A stretch of DNA of 36,989 nucleotides, from positions 1 through 36,989 of the forward strand of contig JBAVZT010000483.1 in assembly GCA_049588955.1 (NCBI GenBank). Reading direction: 5' to 3'. Within the stretch, counting starts at the first letter, position 1. Each line of letters starts with the position of its first letter. This DNA comes from Rhodanobacteraceae bacterium. GTDB taxonomy: Bacteria; Pseudomonadota; Gammaproteobacteria; Xanthomonadales; Rhodanobacteraceae. The notes under the pieces are model-generated. The model saw only the letters and a list, made by a program, of their open reading frames with translations. It did no database searches and was not told the origin of the DNA. Below, one piece after another: positions 1 to 9,058 of the stretch. The position numbers and the translations under genes were made by a program.

Positions 1-587
1 GCGCGGTGTATGTCTTTGGCCGCTCACAAATCGTCAGCAGTTGGACCGAGTCGAGCAAATCCTATCCGACCGATCCGGTTCCTGGCGATATGTACGGCGC
101 CGCTGTGGATGTCGATCGTCTGTTCGGCCTGTATACCGTTGTCATTGGAGCCCCGTCGCCCCAGAACACCGGCACTGCGGGGCGCGTATTCATCTTCGAC
201 GGCACCGGCAACGCCGACCCCATCATCTTCACCGCCGGTGCCGACACGGACGGATTCGGCAGCGCGGTGGCAATCGATGGCGATCATATTGTCGTCGGCG
301 CGCCCGGCGACGATCAGGCAGCCGAAAATTCCGGAGCCGTGTACTTTTTTCTGCGCGACATGCCGGGCCACTGGCTGGCGGACGGCCAACTCATCGCTTC
401 CGACGCCGGGGGCCAGAAGGCCTACGGCACATCGGTCGCTTTCCGCGGCACCGTCATCGTCGGCGGTCCCGAAGACCAAGCCTTCACGCCTGGCGCCGCC
501 TATGTCCAGGGTTACCTTGGCGACCCGGTTTTCAGCGACGGCTTCGACGGCGGCAACCAGGTGACCGACGGCACCATCGATCTGTAG
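1..587 (+). CDS. FG-GAP/integrin-alpha-type beta-propeller repeat protein, C-terminal part (5' end outside window)
   Basis: Repeats such as FGSAVAIDGDHIVVGAPGDD..SGAVYFF, YGAAVDV..VVIGAP..AGRVFIF and YGTSVAF..VIVGGP..GAAYV; DPVFSDGFD near the C-terminus; stop TAG at 585-587. Confidence 0.85.
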   Translation, partial: AVYVFGRSQIVSSWTESSKSYPTDPVPGDMYGAAVDVDRLFGLYTVVIGAPSPQNTGTAGRVFIFDGTGNADPIIFTAGADTDGFGSAVAIDGDHIVVGAPGDDQAAENSGAVYFFLRDMPGHWLADGQLIASDAGGQKAYGTSVAFRGTVIVGGPEDQAFTPGAAYVQGYLGDPVFSDGFDGGNQVTDGTIDL

Positions 588-616
588 CTGACACCACTGG
601 TCAATATACGCGGGCG

Positions 617-663
617 AGCGATTGCGCGGGATCGCGGCCGGCGGTCGCACTCCGCGCATCGCT
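617..663. terminator. Long imperfect GC-rich hairpin between convergent genes (possible terminator or RNA-stability element)
   Basis: agcgattgcgcggga...tccgcgcatcgct arms with an inner gcggcc/ggtcgc stem; no clear U-tract. Confidence 0.3.
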
Positions 664-729
664 TCAGGGTACTGTTGGGCCAACCATGGAGTGCGGCTCG
701 AAGCGCAAGAAAGCCACCCCGGTTGCAGC

Positions 730-1506
730 TCACCTTGTGATTGCGTCGTAAATCTTCTTCGCCGCCGCCAGGTTTCCGGCCTCGTCGTCCGCCACATCGA
801 CTCCGATGACAAGTTCCTCATGGCCGACCAGCACCCGCAACGACCCACTGCCCACGGAACTCCAGTAGGCGGCATCGCCAATGCCATCGACCACTTTGCG
901 CCGGTTGGCCGCACGCAACATGCTGCCGGCCATGCGCTCGACCCCGTGTTCGCCAACAATCTGTTTCTGCGCGACGCTCAACTTTTTCTCGGTTTGTTTG
1001 CGCACCTTCTGGATACGGGTCTCCATCTCCGCATCGGAGAGTTGTTTCGGTACGAAATTCCCCGGTTCGGCACCAGTTTTACGCAGACTCACACTGATCG
1101 AGTAATTGGTCGAGAACGCGCGCGATGTCAACTTCGTTGCATCCCCGCCCGGATGCATCTGCTTCATCATCTCCGCCATCATCGCCTTGCGCCGCTCCTC
1201 GGCGTCGGGTCGGGGCCAGAGGTAACTGCAAGCCGCACGCCACTTGCTCACCCGCGGTGTCGTTTTCACCTCGGCCTGCGGCGTAAACAACCGTTGTATG
1301 TCGGCCGGCGATAGGATCTTGCAGATATCCTCACCCGCGAACGATGCGAGCTGCCCGGTATTGTGGCCGGCGCGTTGCGCCGACGCCGCTGGCGAGTCGA
1401 CGCCGGTCGACCGAGCCGTGTTGGTGTCGGAGGTCCCTCCGCAACCCGCCAGGAGCGCCGTCGCAAGACTGGCGGCTAGAAGCGTGCGCATGCAAGTCTG
1501 GATCAT
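730..1506 (-). CDS. Hypothetical lipoprotein (~258 aa)
   Basis: ATG at 1506 with GGAGA SD; signal peptide with lipobox LLAG-C; C-terminal VDGIGDAAYW segment seen in many uncharacterised lipoproteins. Confidence 0.75.
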   Translation of the reverse strand: MIQTCMRTLLAASLATALLAGCGGTSDTNTARSTGVDSPAASAQRAGHNTGQLASFAGEDICKILSPADIQRLFTPQAEVKTTPRVSKWRAACSYLWPRPDAEERRKAMMAEMMKQMHPGGDATKLTSRAFSTNYSISVSLRKTGAEPGNFVPKQLSDAEMETRIQKVRKQTEKKLSVAQKQIVGEHGVERMAGSMLRAANRRKVVDGIGDAAYWSSVGSGSLRVLVGHEELVIGVDVADDEAGNLAAAKKIYDAITR

Positions 1507-1714
1507 GTCGTCTCCGATGCTTGAGCGAACGAAGCGGGCCGCAACCGCATTGCCGCCACTTCGACACCGGCGGCTTCCGCTTGTGATTACGGACCGTTGA
1601 CACGAGCATACCAACCTCGCGAAGAATCGAAACCACGCGATCAGGCGAAGCTGCTCGTTCGCGGAGGAAGGCATGCAACCCGATCCTGCGGCGCGGCGTG
1701 TCAATCTCCGCGGC

Positions 1715-2617
1715 TCAAACGCCGCACCGGAACGTCAGCACATGGTCCCGGTTTAACGCCATCGCGCGACCGAGGCTGATCAAGCCGCTCCTTCCCAGAT
1801 GCAGCTTGTCACGGTGCAAACGCAGTTCCCTGTCTCCACCGAGCGTCACGTAGGTACCGTTGATCGAGCAGTCCGAGATCATGAAATAACCACGCCTGTA
1901 CTCAATCAATGCGTGTTCGCGCGATACCCACTCGGCATCCACCACCAGCGAACACGCAGCGTCGCGGCCGAGCGTGAATGGCGGCGACAACTCGTCAAGT
2001 TCCAGTACCCGACCGCGATAACGCATCACCAGCCGCTCGCTAGCGGCGCCGGCAGGGTCCATGCGCACAGCTCGATGCATGATGGTCGCGATGGCGGCAT
2101 CCTCGTGCCACATCATTTCGACAATATCGACCGGATTCGGCGTTCGTGGCGCCTGCGTCCGCCCGATCTGGCGTGTGTGAAGGGTATCGACATTGCCCAG
2201 CAACTCGACGGTACTCGCGGTTGTGACGATCTGCTCGCGTTCGGCCAGCCCAATCATGTGTTCGGCCACCTTCACCGCAACGCCGTTGACGTCGTTGTTG
2301 TCCTCGAGCAACGCATCGCCGTGATGCAAACCTACCCGGATCGCCTGACGATCGCTGGCGAACGCCGTATCCAGCGCGATGCGCTTCTGCATCTCTACCG
2401 CCGCAAGCATTGCCGGCAGCGGCGCGGGAAATGCGCATTTGATGCCGTCGCCCATGGTCCGCACCACACGTCCGCCATGGCTTTCAATGATGCTCGACAT
2501 CGCATCGAGCATCCCCGCAATCAGGCGATGTGCGTCGGCATCGCCGCGCATATCGAACAGCTTGGTGCTGCCACAGACATCGGCGAACAGGATCGTTAGC
2601 GGCAGCCGTCGAGTCAT
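1715..2617 (-). CDS. Class III adenylate/guanylate cyclase-like domain + C-terminal FHA domain (cyclase active site degenerate)
   Basis: ILFADVCGST, VRTMGDG and IRVGLHHGD cyclase motifs; FHA motifs LGRD, VSREHA, SINGT; start moved to ATG 2617. Confidence 0.9.
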   Translation of the reverse strand: MTRRLPLTILFADVCGSTKLFDMRGDADAHRLIAGMLDAMSSIIESHGGRVVRTMGDGIKCAFPAPLPAMLAAVEMQKRIALDTAFASDRQAIRVGLHHGDALLEDNNDVNGVAVKVAEHMIGLAEREQIVTTASTVELLGNVDTLHTRQIGRTQAPRTPNPVDIVEMMWHEDAAIATIMHRAVRMDPAGAASERLVMRYRGRVLELDELSPPFTLGRDAACSLVVDAEWVSREHALIEYRRGYFMISDCSINGTYVTLGGDRELRLHRDKLHLGRSGLISLGRAMALNRDHVLTFRCGV

Positions 2618-2651
2618 TGGGGAGCGCGGGCGGGCAGTTCCGTACCAATTT

Positions 2652-3029
2652 TCATGACGCGACCGGAACGACGCGCATCTTGCAATTGGCAGTGCCGCTT
2701 CCATGCTCGATGCAGATGACAAACGCCCTTTCCGCAGGAAGCGAAAACGGCGCTGCCTTCCGATACGACACATCGACTTCGTTCATGTCGACAAGCTTCT
2801 TCCGATCTCTGCCTGGATCGTTGAGAAAGGTCAGATCGCCGCCCAGGTTGGTGGGCACTCCTGCGGAAATGGAAAAATCCACGATAACCTTGTAATGGCT
2901 CTTCGCCAGACGAACGATATGGCAGGTCGAATCGTGCGAGCGCGGCGTTCCCGATCTGGGACTCAAATTGTCCATCGGCGTCGGCATGATTGTCCCAAGA
3001 AAAGGCAGGCGCTGCGTTTGCAGATCCAT
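2652..3029 (-). CDS. Hypothetical protein (110-125 aa; alternative start 2987)
   Basis: Fills the gap between co-oriented genes; globular, beta-rich-looking composition unlike the Arg-rich shadow ORFs. Confidence 0.55.
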   Translation of the reverse strand: MDLQTQRLPFLGTIMPTPMDNLSPRSGTPRSHDSTCHIVRLAKSHYKVIVDFSISAGVPTNLGGDLTFLNDPGRDRKKLVDMNEVDVSYRKAAPFSLPAERAFVICIEHGSGTANCKMRVVPVAS

Positions 3030-3144
3030 CCAGCACAGTCAGCCAGAATTGCGCCTCGTGCCGAAAATATCCACCACCACCCCACACCCGGCTTTTCCAC
3101 GCTTCGCGGATGGATTTCTCAACCTCACGACGCGACGCGTCCAA

Positions 3145-4587
3145 TTACAACGCACTCAGAAACGCCACCAGATCCGACTTCTGCGGACCACTCAGGCCCA
3201 TGTTGAAGCGGGTGTCGTAGAAGTCGATCACATCGAGCAGCGTCGCGGCCGAGCCGTTGTGGAAATACGGCGGGCGCGCGACGAGGGCGCGCAGCTCGGG
3301 GCCCTTGAACTTGCCGATGTCGGTCCAGCGTCCGCTGATAAGCGCAAGACCCGGATCGGTGGTCTGCACGCTCTCGCCGGTCGCGTTGTTGGTCAGCGTG
3401 TAGAGCGGCATATCCGGCGTGCGCCGGCTTGCATCGGCAGTGCCGATATCGAGCGGCAGGCCGACCGAGTGATCGCCGATGTTCGGCGTGTCGTGACAGG
3501 TGGTGCAGGTGCCGTCGATCTCGGGCAGGCCGAGAGTGTCGTTCAGACCCCCGACGCCGGTGATCCGGATCGGCAGGCTGTTGAACAGGGCCTGGCCGCG
3601 CAGGATCGCCCGGCGAGCCGGGTTCGCGGTCAACGCACCAGCGCTGCTCCAGCCGTCGAACAAGCGCATCGCCTTCGGATCGAACGGCATGTCCACCGGG
3701 TCGGCGCCGAGCGTATCGTTGATGCCGACCCAGAAGCGCAGATTGACCAGCATGCGCGGCCCGCCGAGTGCGTCGTCGGCGTTGAGCCAGCCGGCGCCGT
3801 TGTCGCGTATCTGCGCGGTCGCGAGGGACCTCTCAAAGCGCACGATCTGGTCCACCTGCTCGCTCGTGGGCGGCGCGGCCGCCTGGGCGTGGCCGAGCGT
3901 CGCATCGATCGCCTGACTGGAGAGGCTTGCGCGCAGGTCCGCGTCGTTGACTCCCGCGTCCATCGGCGGCAGGAACGGCGCGGCGGTTTCGCGACCGTCC
4001 CACATCACGACACTCAGGAAACCCAGGTTGGTGGTCGGCAGCGGTCGGCGAAACAGCGACAACTCGCTCGCACTGGCGAATCCGTAGGGATCGTCCACCG
4101 CGGTCAGGGTGAACTCGGCATTGGCCGGAATCGGCAGGCCGATGCGGATCACGCCGCGATTGAGCAGCATGCTGTAGGCCCTGCGGCGCGCATCGATGGT
4201 CGAGACATCGGCCAGCGGCGAGTTGGCGCCGTCGACCGGGCGGAAGATCGGATCGGTACCGTCGGTCGCATCGAAGCGCGCACGCACTTCGGCGGCCGAC
4301 ACCGTCCAGCCTTCAGCCTGACGATGACAGATGTTGCAGGTGCGTCCGTTGCTGCCGAGATCCTGAAAAAACGGATTGTCGGTGTCGATGCGACCGTCGG
4401 GTGTGTACGTGCGCAGCCAGCCGCCGGCATCGGGCGTGGTCAACGGATCAGCCGGCGCATTGTTGCCGCTGTCGCGCGAGGATGCGGGGTCGGCGTGTGC
4501 ATGCGGTCCCGCAATGGTCGCGAGGACACACGCGAGCAGCGTCCCCAACGCAGTACCCAGATTCGGCATTCGATAAAAGACGCTCAT
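3145..4587 (-). CDS. Secreted di-heme cytochrome c peroxidase/MauG-superfamily protein
   Basis: Signal peptide ending AHA; two CxxCH motifs (CNICH, CTTCH); [30 protein letters not shown]. Confidence 0.88.
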   Translation of the reverse strand: MSVFYRMPNLGTALGTLLACVLATIAGPHAHADPASSRDSGNNAPADPLTTPDAGGWLRTYTPDGRIDTDNPFFQDLGSNGRTCNICHRQAEGWTVSAAEVRARFDATDGTDPIFRPVDGANSPLADVSTIDARRRAYSMLLNRGVIRIGLPIPANAEFTLTAVDDPYGFASASELSLFRRPLPTTNLGFLSVVMWDGRETAAPFLPPMDAGVNDADLRASLSSQAIDATLGHAQAAAPPTSEQVDQIVRFERSLATAQIRDNGAGWLNADDALGGPRMLVNLRFWVGINDTLGADPVDMPFDPKAMRLFDGWSSAGALTANPARRAILRGQALFNSLPIRITGVGGLNDTLGLPEIDGTCTTCHDTPNIGDHSVGLPLDIGTADASRRTPDMPLYTLTNNATGESVQTTDPGLALISGRWTDIGKFKGPELRALVARPPYFHNGSAATLLDVIDFYDTRFNMGLSGPQKSDLVAFLSAL

Positions 4588-4722
4588 ATTTCCCTCCTGA
4601 TAACGCGCGGCCCACTTCGCATACCGACGGCACCTGGCTCACGGAGCATGGTTTTCGAGCCTGCCGATCGGCGCTGGCCTTGTTGCAGGGCCAGCGCCTG
4701 CTCCCGATCAGCACCTACCTGG

Positions 4723-5496
4723 TCATTGCGGGGAGTGGATGGATTTCTGGATCGTCGAACACTGCCCTTCCTCTGTCGGGACATCGTCCGGGCCCTCGGC
4801 GTTGCCGTAGTCATCGCCGAGAAACACCTCGCAACCGCCGAGATAAGAAGTGAGTTGCTCGTCTAGCGTATCACCGGACTGAGCCGGACCATGGCTGTGA
4901 ATGGCGATTTGCACTTCCGCGCCGAGTGGGTTGACCACTCCGACCGCACGCTCCGGCATGCCGATCTCGATCATGCCTGAGTGGGTGGTATCGCCGACCG
5001 GCAGATAACCGACGAAATTCGCGCGTCCACCGCGGCGGACGACGCGGCCGGCTGTCCACAGGAAGTCGCCTTGAACCGCGTCGACAAACAAATCATCGTT
5101 CGTGCACGGCCTGGTTGCACAGAATTCCGGATGATTGAACACGATGAACCACATGGTCATTACGTGTCCGGGTGTCACCTCGCGAGCACGATAGCTGCCA
5201 AGCAGACCACCGAAATACGAATTGCCGATCCGCAGCAAACTCGAATTACCAACGTTCGAATCCAGATCCCATACCCAGCTCGCGCGCGCACGGCTATAGC
5301 CGACGTTAAGGCTGGGCGAAGGGTTCAGGCTGGGCGAAGGGCCAGCGGAATCGGCCTGCGCCGCGCCGACCAGGCCAAACATCAGGCCGAGGCCGAACAA
5401 CGTCGCCGGAAACCGCGCTCGGCTGGAGTGTTCGACATGTGGATGGTTTGCGAATGCCGGGTTGGAGTCCGGTATGGATTTCAATCGCTTGTTCAT
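4723..5496 (-). CDS. Secreted hypothetical protein, Cys/His-containing (~257 aa)
   Basis: ATG 5496 with GGAGG SD; hydrophobic segment ending AQA; motifs WFIVFNHPEFC..PC, IHSHGP, YLGGC, C..IQKSIH. Confidence 0.75.
   Translation of the reverse strand: MNKRLKSIPDSNPAFANHPHVEHSSRARFPATLFGLGLMFGLVGAAQADSAGPSPSLNPSPSLNVGYSRARASWVWDLDSNVGNSSLLRIGNSYFGGLLGSYRAREVTPGHVMTMWFIVFNHPEFCATRPCTNDDLFVDAVQGDFLWTAGRVVRRGGRANFVGYLPVGDTTHSGMIEIGMPERAVGVVNPLGAEVQIAIHSHGPAQSGDTLDEQLTSYLGGCEVFLGDDYGNAEGPDDVPTEEGQCSTIQKSIHSPQ
5305..5340. repeat. 18-bp tandem duplication encoding PSPSLN x2
   Basis: gttaaggctgggcgaagg / gttcaggctgggcgaagg (17/18 identical). Confidence 0.85.
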
Positions 5497-5679
5497 GGTG
5501 TGCCTCCCTTGGGTTTGACTAACCTGCGTGAAGTGATGAAACATGCCACCGAAGGAGTCCAACGCGGCCCCGCAGTGGTTGTGGGGCTCTGGTCACTGGG
5601 TTGAATACCGTGATGCCCATGCGGGCTGGCCCTCTTGTGTTGTGGGGCCAGTCTGTCCGCACGGCACATGCAGGCGGAA

Positions 5680-5718
5680 GTGACATGCCGCGTGTCACGG
5701 TGAAACGACTGATGTCAC
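5680..5718. promoter_or_regulatory. Tandem operator-like palindromes in a divergent intergenic region
   Basis: GTGACA-N7-TGTCAC (5680-5698) and GTGAAA-N7-TGTCAC (5700-5718), 20-bp period. Confidence 0.55.
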
Positions 5719-5940
5719 TTTCGCAGATGGACGGCCGATGTAAGCTCGTTCCTGTCCATACCGGATAACATCATGCTTTTGTCGGTGCCATGCTTGTCGA
5801 CGATTCGGCGCTTGCGCGCGGAGACACGCGTTACGTTGACGTCATTCATCCCGACGCTTTCGATTTGCGGCTATGGCTCGCGACGGTCACCGCGCCGAAC
5901 AGAGCGAGCGCAATTCATTGACCGATGAGGAGAGACCCCC

Positions 5941-6246
5941 ATGCCATTCTTCGTGATTGAACGCGACATCCCCGGCGCGGGGCAGATGAACCGCGAGGAT
6001 CTACAGGCGGCCATTCGCAACAGCGTCGCGACACTGGATGAGTTGGGACCGGATATCCAATGGATTCACAGCTTCGTCACCGACGACAAGGTCTATTGCA
6101 TCTACATGGCGCCTGACGAGTCGCTGATTCGCGAACACGCGCGCCAAGCCGGCATGCCGGCGGACCGCGTGTCTGCGGTCCGCTCGCTGCTCAAGACCGA
6201 TGGCGTGCACCTACCGGATGAGCTGCTGGCGCGCGAGAACGCGTAG
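5941..6246 (+). CDS. DUF4242 (SCO4226-like nickel-binding) domain protein
   Basis: FVIERDIPGAG..IQWIHSFVTDDKVYCIYMAPDESLIREHA..GMPADRVS signature; GAGGAG SD. Confidence 0.9.
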   Translation: MPFFVIERDIPGAGQMNREDLQAAIRNSVATLDELGPDIQWIHSFVTDDKVYCIYMAPDESLIREHARQAGMPADRVSAVRSLLKTDGVHLPDELLARENA

Positions 6247-6247
6247 A

Positions 6248-8911
6248 TCAATCTCCGGCAGCTTCGAGCAGAACCTCGACGCAAGCGGCCACGTCGGTGG
6301 ACGACATCTTCTGACCCGCATCATGCAGAGCTTTGAACACTGCGCTGTCAAGCCTGGAACGCGCCTGTTCGCGCATCTGCTCTGCCTGCCGGATGTCGTC
6401 GCGGCGCGGCGAGAAGCCAACTGCTCTACGCCAGCTTTCCGCGGCCCCCAGCAGCTTGATCACCATCTCCGGTCGATCCACACCCAGAGCCAGACACGCA
6501 ATGCTGTCGACCACCGTGGCCATGCCACGCTGATGGTTTAGTGCCTGGAAACCTGCCAGCGCCTGCAACAGCAGCGGGCGGGCTTCGACATACTCGCCGG
6601 CATCCACCGCAAGTTGGCCGCGATCAGCCAACGACCGGGCCAGGCCCCAGCCATCGCCAAGTTGCCTGAACTGCGCTTCGGCACACCGGTACTGGTCGGC
6701 GGCCCGGGCGTAATCGCCCTCGGCACGCGCGAGGTCACCCAGATGATTGATGCACCAGGCCGCCGACCCGGGATCGTTTTCTGCAATGAAAAGGCCGTGA
6801 GCCTCGGTGAGCAGTTCCTGCACCCCTTCGGTATTGCCCAGCCTGAGATCGCATCCGGCCACGTTGCTCAGTGCGCCAGCAATCTCGCTTCGATTGCCGA
6901 TCTTGCGGCATACTTCAAGGCTCTGGTGCAACCACCCACGTGCCGCGGACTCGTCGCCGCGTAGACGCGCATTGACTCCCAGTGCATTGAGCGCCGAGGC
7001 TTCCCCGCGAGGGTCGCCAAGCTTCCGGTACAGCTCCAGTATGTGGGTGAAGCCGGCATCCGATTCGCCGGGGTCTCCGTGAAATGCCGCCACGGTCGCT
7101 GCAAACATGCCGACCTTGGCCCACAGGGCCATGTCGGTCTCGACCGGTACGGTGTTGATAATGGCGTTCAGCAGGCGGTGCGCCTCGATGATTTTTTCCG
7201 TGCGCTCCCAATAGATAAACAACGCATGTCCCAGGCGCAAGGCCCAACGATGCGGGCCGTAACGCAGCAGGTGCCCGAGCGCCTGGCGGAAATTGTCCTG
7301 TTCACGCTCGCAACGCGCCAGCCAACGCTGGTGCTGCGCGATATCGAGCGTGCCCACGCCTTCTTCGGCCAGCACCAGGCAATAGGCCGCGTGCGCCTTG
7401 TGTACGGTTTCGGTCTCGCCACTGGCGTTGAGTCGTTCGCGGCCGTAGGCGCGCAGGGTTTCCAGCATCGCGAAGCGTGGCTCCTCGCCCTCATTGCGAA
7501 AATACACCAGGCCCATGGCCACCAGGGCGTTGATGGCCGTCTCCAGATCGACGCCGAGGTCGCCGGTGGCATCGGCCACCGCTTCGGCCGCTTCCAGGGT
7601 GAAGCCTCCAGCAAATACCGACAGACGCCTGAGGGCGCGGCGTCCTTGCTCGTCGAGCAGGTCAAAGCTCCAGTCGATCACGCGACGCAAAGTACGTTGC
7701 CGCGAGGGCGCATCGCGGGCGGGATTCGGTGGCAGGTCCAGGTGCCCGGTGAACCGTTCAAGCATCTGCTGCGGGGTCATTGCTTTGGCCTGCGCTGCCA
7801 CCAGTTCGATCGCCAGCGGCAGGCCATCCAGACGAATGCACAGCTCGGTCAACGCGTCCGCCTGATCCGGATCGAGCTGCCAGTGCGGTTGAACCGCCGA
7901 CGCGCGATCCAGAAACAACCGCACCGAGGATACCTTGGCCAGCGCCGCCGGATCATCCCGATCCGCGCTCTCGGGGACGGCCAGCGGCGCAAGTGGAAAC
8001 TCATGCTCACCGTACAGTTGCAGCGCCACACGACTGGTCACCAGAATGCTCAAGGCCGCACTGACGTCCAGCAGAACGCCGACGATATCGCCGCTGTCGA
8101 TGACGCCTTCGAAATTGTCGAGCACGATCAGTGTCGGCACGATTACCGCTGCGCGCACGCGATCGGCGATCGCTTCGGTCAGCGGTCGCCCTTCGGTTCG
8201 CTTGACACCAAGTACATCGGCAACAATGGCGATCAGTGTGGGACGGTCTGTCACGCCCGCCAGGTCCAGAAACAGGACGCCTCCGGGAAACACATCGCGC
8301 AGGTCTCGCGCCAGTTCCAGCGCCAGGCGAGTCTTTCCTGAACCACCGATGCCCGTCAGGGTAAGCAGCCGGACCGCCTCAGACCGCAGGCGCTGCCCGA
8401 TCGTCTTGAGTTCGCGCTCACGCCCGATCAGCGGATTGCGAGGCACCGGAAGCGTTTCCTGATCGAATAGCGCGGCAGGCTGGATGGACCGGATAGGTCG
8501 CCGTTGAACGTCATCGGTGACTACATGCGGTACGGTGAGTCCGTCGCGTGCAGCCTCGGCAAATCGTGCCCGCGCGCCGTACTGGCCTTTGGGCATTTCG
8601 ATCCGGATCGGGTCTTGGCGCCCGGCCCCTTGATAGTAGGCCTCCAATGCAGCCCGCAGCCGGCGCGCCTGTACGCGCACGATCGTGTCGATGCGCGGAT
8701 CGTAGTCGGCGTTGCGGTCGAAAACTTCGACGCCGATCGCAAACTCTTTCAAGGGCGCTCCGCCGCCATCGAGTGCATGCTCGACAACATGCCTGAGAAA
8801 ACGGCTAAGCACGGGCGAACTGGCGAATGGCGCTTCGCCCATGATCTTTTCCAACTGTGCACGTATGGCCGGTTCCGAAGGCACCCGTGGTCGGCCTTCT
8901 TGTTCCTTCAT
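6248..8911 (-). CDS. STAND/NB-ARC-type ATPase (COG3903-like) with N-terminal winged-helix-like domain and C-terminal TPRs
   Basis: Walker A GIGGSGKT, Walker B LIVLDNFE, ILVTSR, GLPLAIEL, MLETLR; N-terminal KEFAIGVEVFDR..DPRIDTIVRVQARRLR; TPR-like ALNALG/ALSNVA repeats; alternative start 8950. Confidence 0.9.
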   Translation of the reverse strand: MKEQEGRPRVPSEPAIRAQLEKIMGEAPFASSPVLSRFLRHVVEHALDGGGAPLKEFAIGVEVFDRNADYDPRIDTIVRVQARRLRAALEAYYQGAGRQDPIRIEMPKGQYGARARFAEAARDGLTVPHVVTDDVQRRPIRSIQPAALFDQETLPVPRNPLIGRERELKTIGQRLRSEAVRLLTLTGIGGSGKTRLALELARDLRDVFPGGVLFLDLAGVTDRPTLIAIVADVLGVKRTEGRPLTEAIADRVRAAVIVPTLIVLDNFEGVIDSGDIVGVLLDVSAALSILVTSRVALQLYGEHEFPLAPLAVPESADRDDPAALAKVSSVRLFLDRASAVQPHWQLDPDQADALTELCIRLDGLPLAIELVAAQAKAMTPQQMLERFTGHLDLPPNPARDAPSRQRTLRRVIDWSFDLLDEQGRRALRRLSVFAGGFTLEAAEAVADATGDLGVDLETAINALVAMGLVYFRNEGEEPRFAMLETLRAYGRERLNASGETETVHKAHAAYCLVLAEEGVGTLDIAQHQRWLARCEREQDNFRQALGHLLRYGPHRWALRLGHALFIYWERTEKIIEAHRLLNAIINTVPVETDMALWAKVGMFAATVAAFHGDPGESDAGFTHILELYRKLGDPRGEASALNALGVNARLRGDESAARGWLHQSLEVCRKIGNRSEIAGALSNVAGCDLRLGNTEGVQELLTEAHGLFIAENDPGSAAWCINHLGDLARAEGDYARAADQYRCAEAQFRQLGDGWGLARSLADRGQLAVDAGEYVEARPLLLQALAGFQALNHQRGMATVVDSIACLALGVDRPEMVIKLLGAAESWRRAVGFSPRRDDIRQAEQMREQARSRLDSAVFKALHDAGQKMSSTDVAACVEVLLEAAGD

Positions 8912-9058
8912 GCCCAACGACTCCCGCGTCGTACACGCATGGTAACCCATGCCGCATCCCGGCCCGATGCGGCCCGCCTGACTCGATCCAGCCGCAGCGC
9001 CGAAACACCACCAGCAATGTGACCGAGAGCCTTATGATGCGATCCCACAAACAGCCGT

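Noticed and set aside
2968..4866. 632-aa plus-strand ORF and similar long ORFs (7043-8341, 9092-10483, 21595-22839, 24347-26446, 25567-26979)
   Set aside because: Antisense or alternate-frame shadows of well-supported genes; Arg/Ala-rich with no motifs, as expected in high-GC DNA
6248..8911. STAND ATPase as an Avs-type antiphage system
   Set aside because: No nuclease, TIR, SIR2 or protease effector and no defence-island context; the architecture fits a transcriptional regulator
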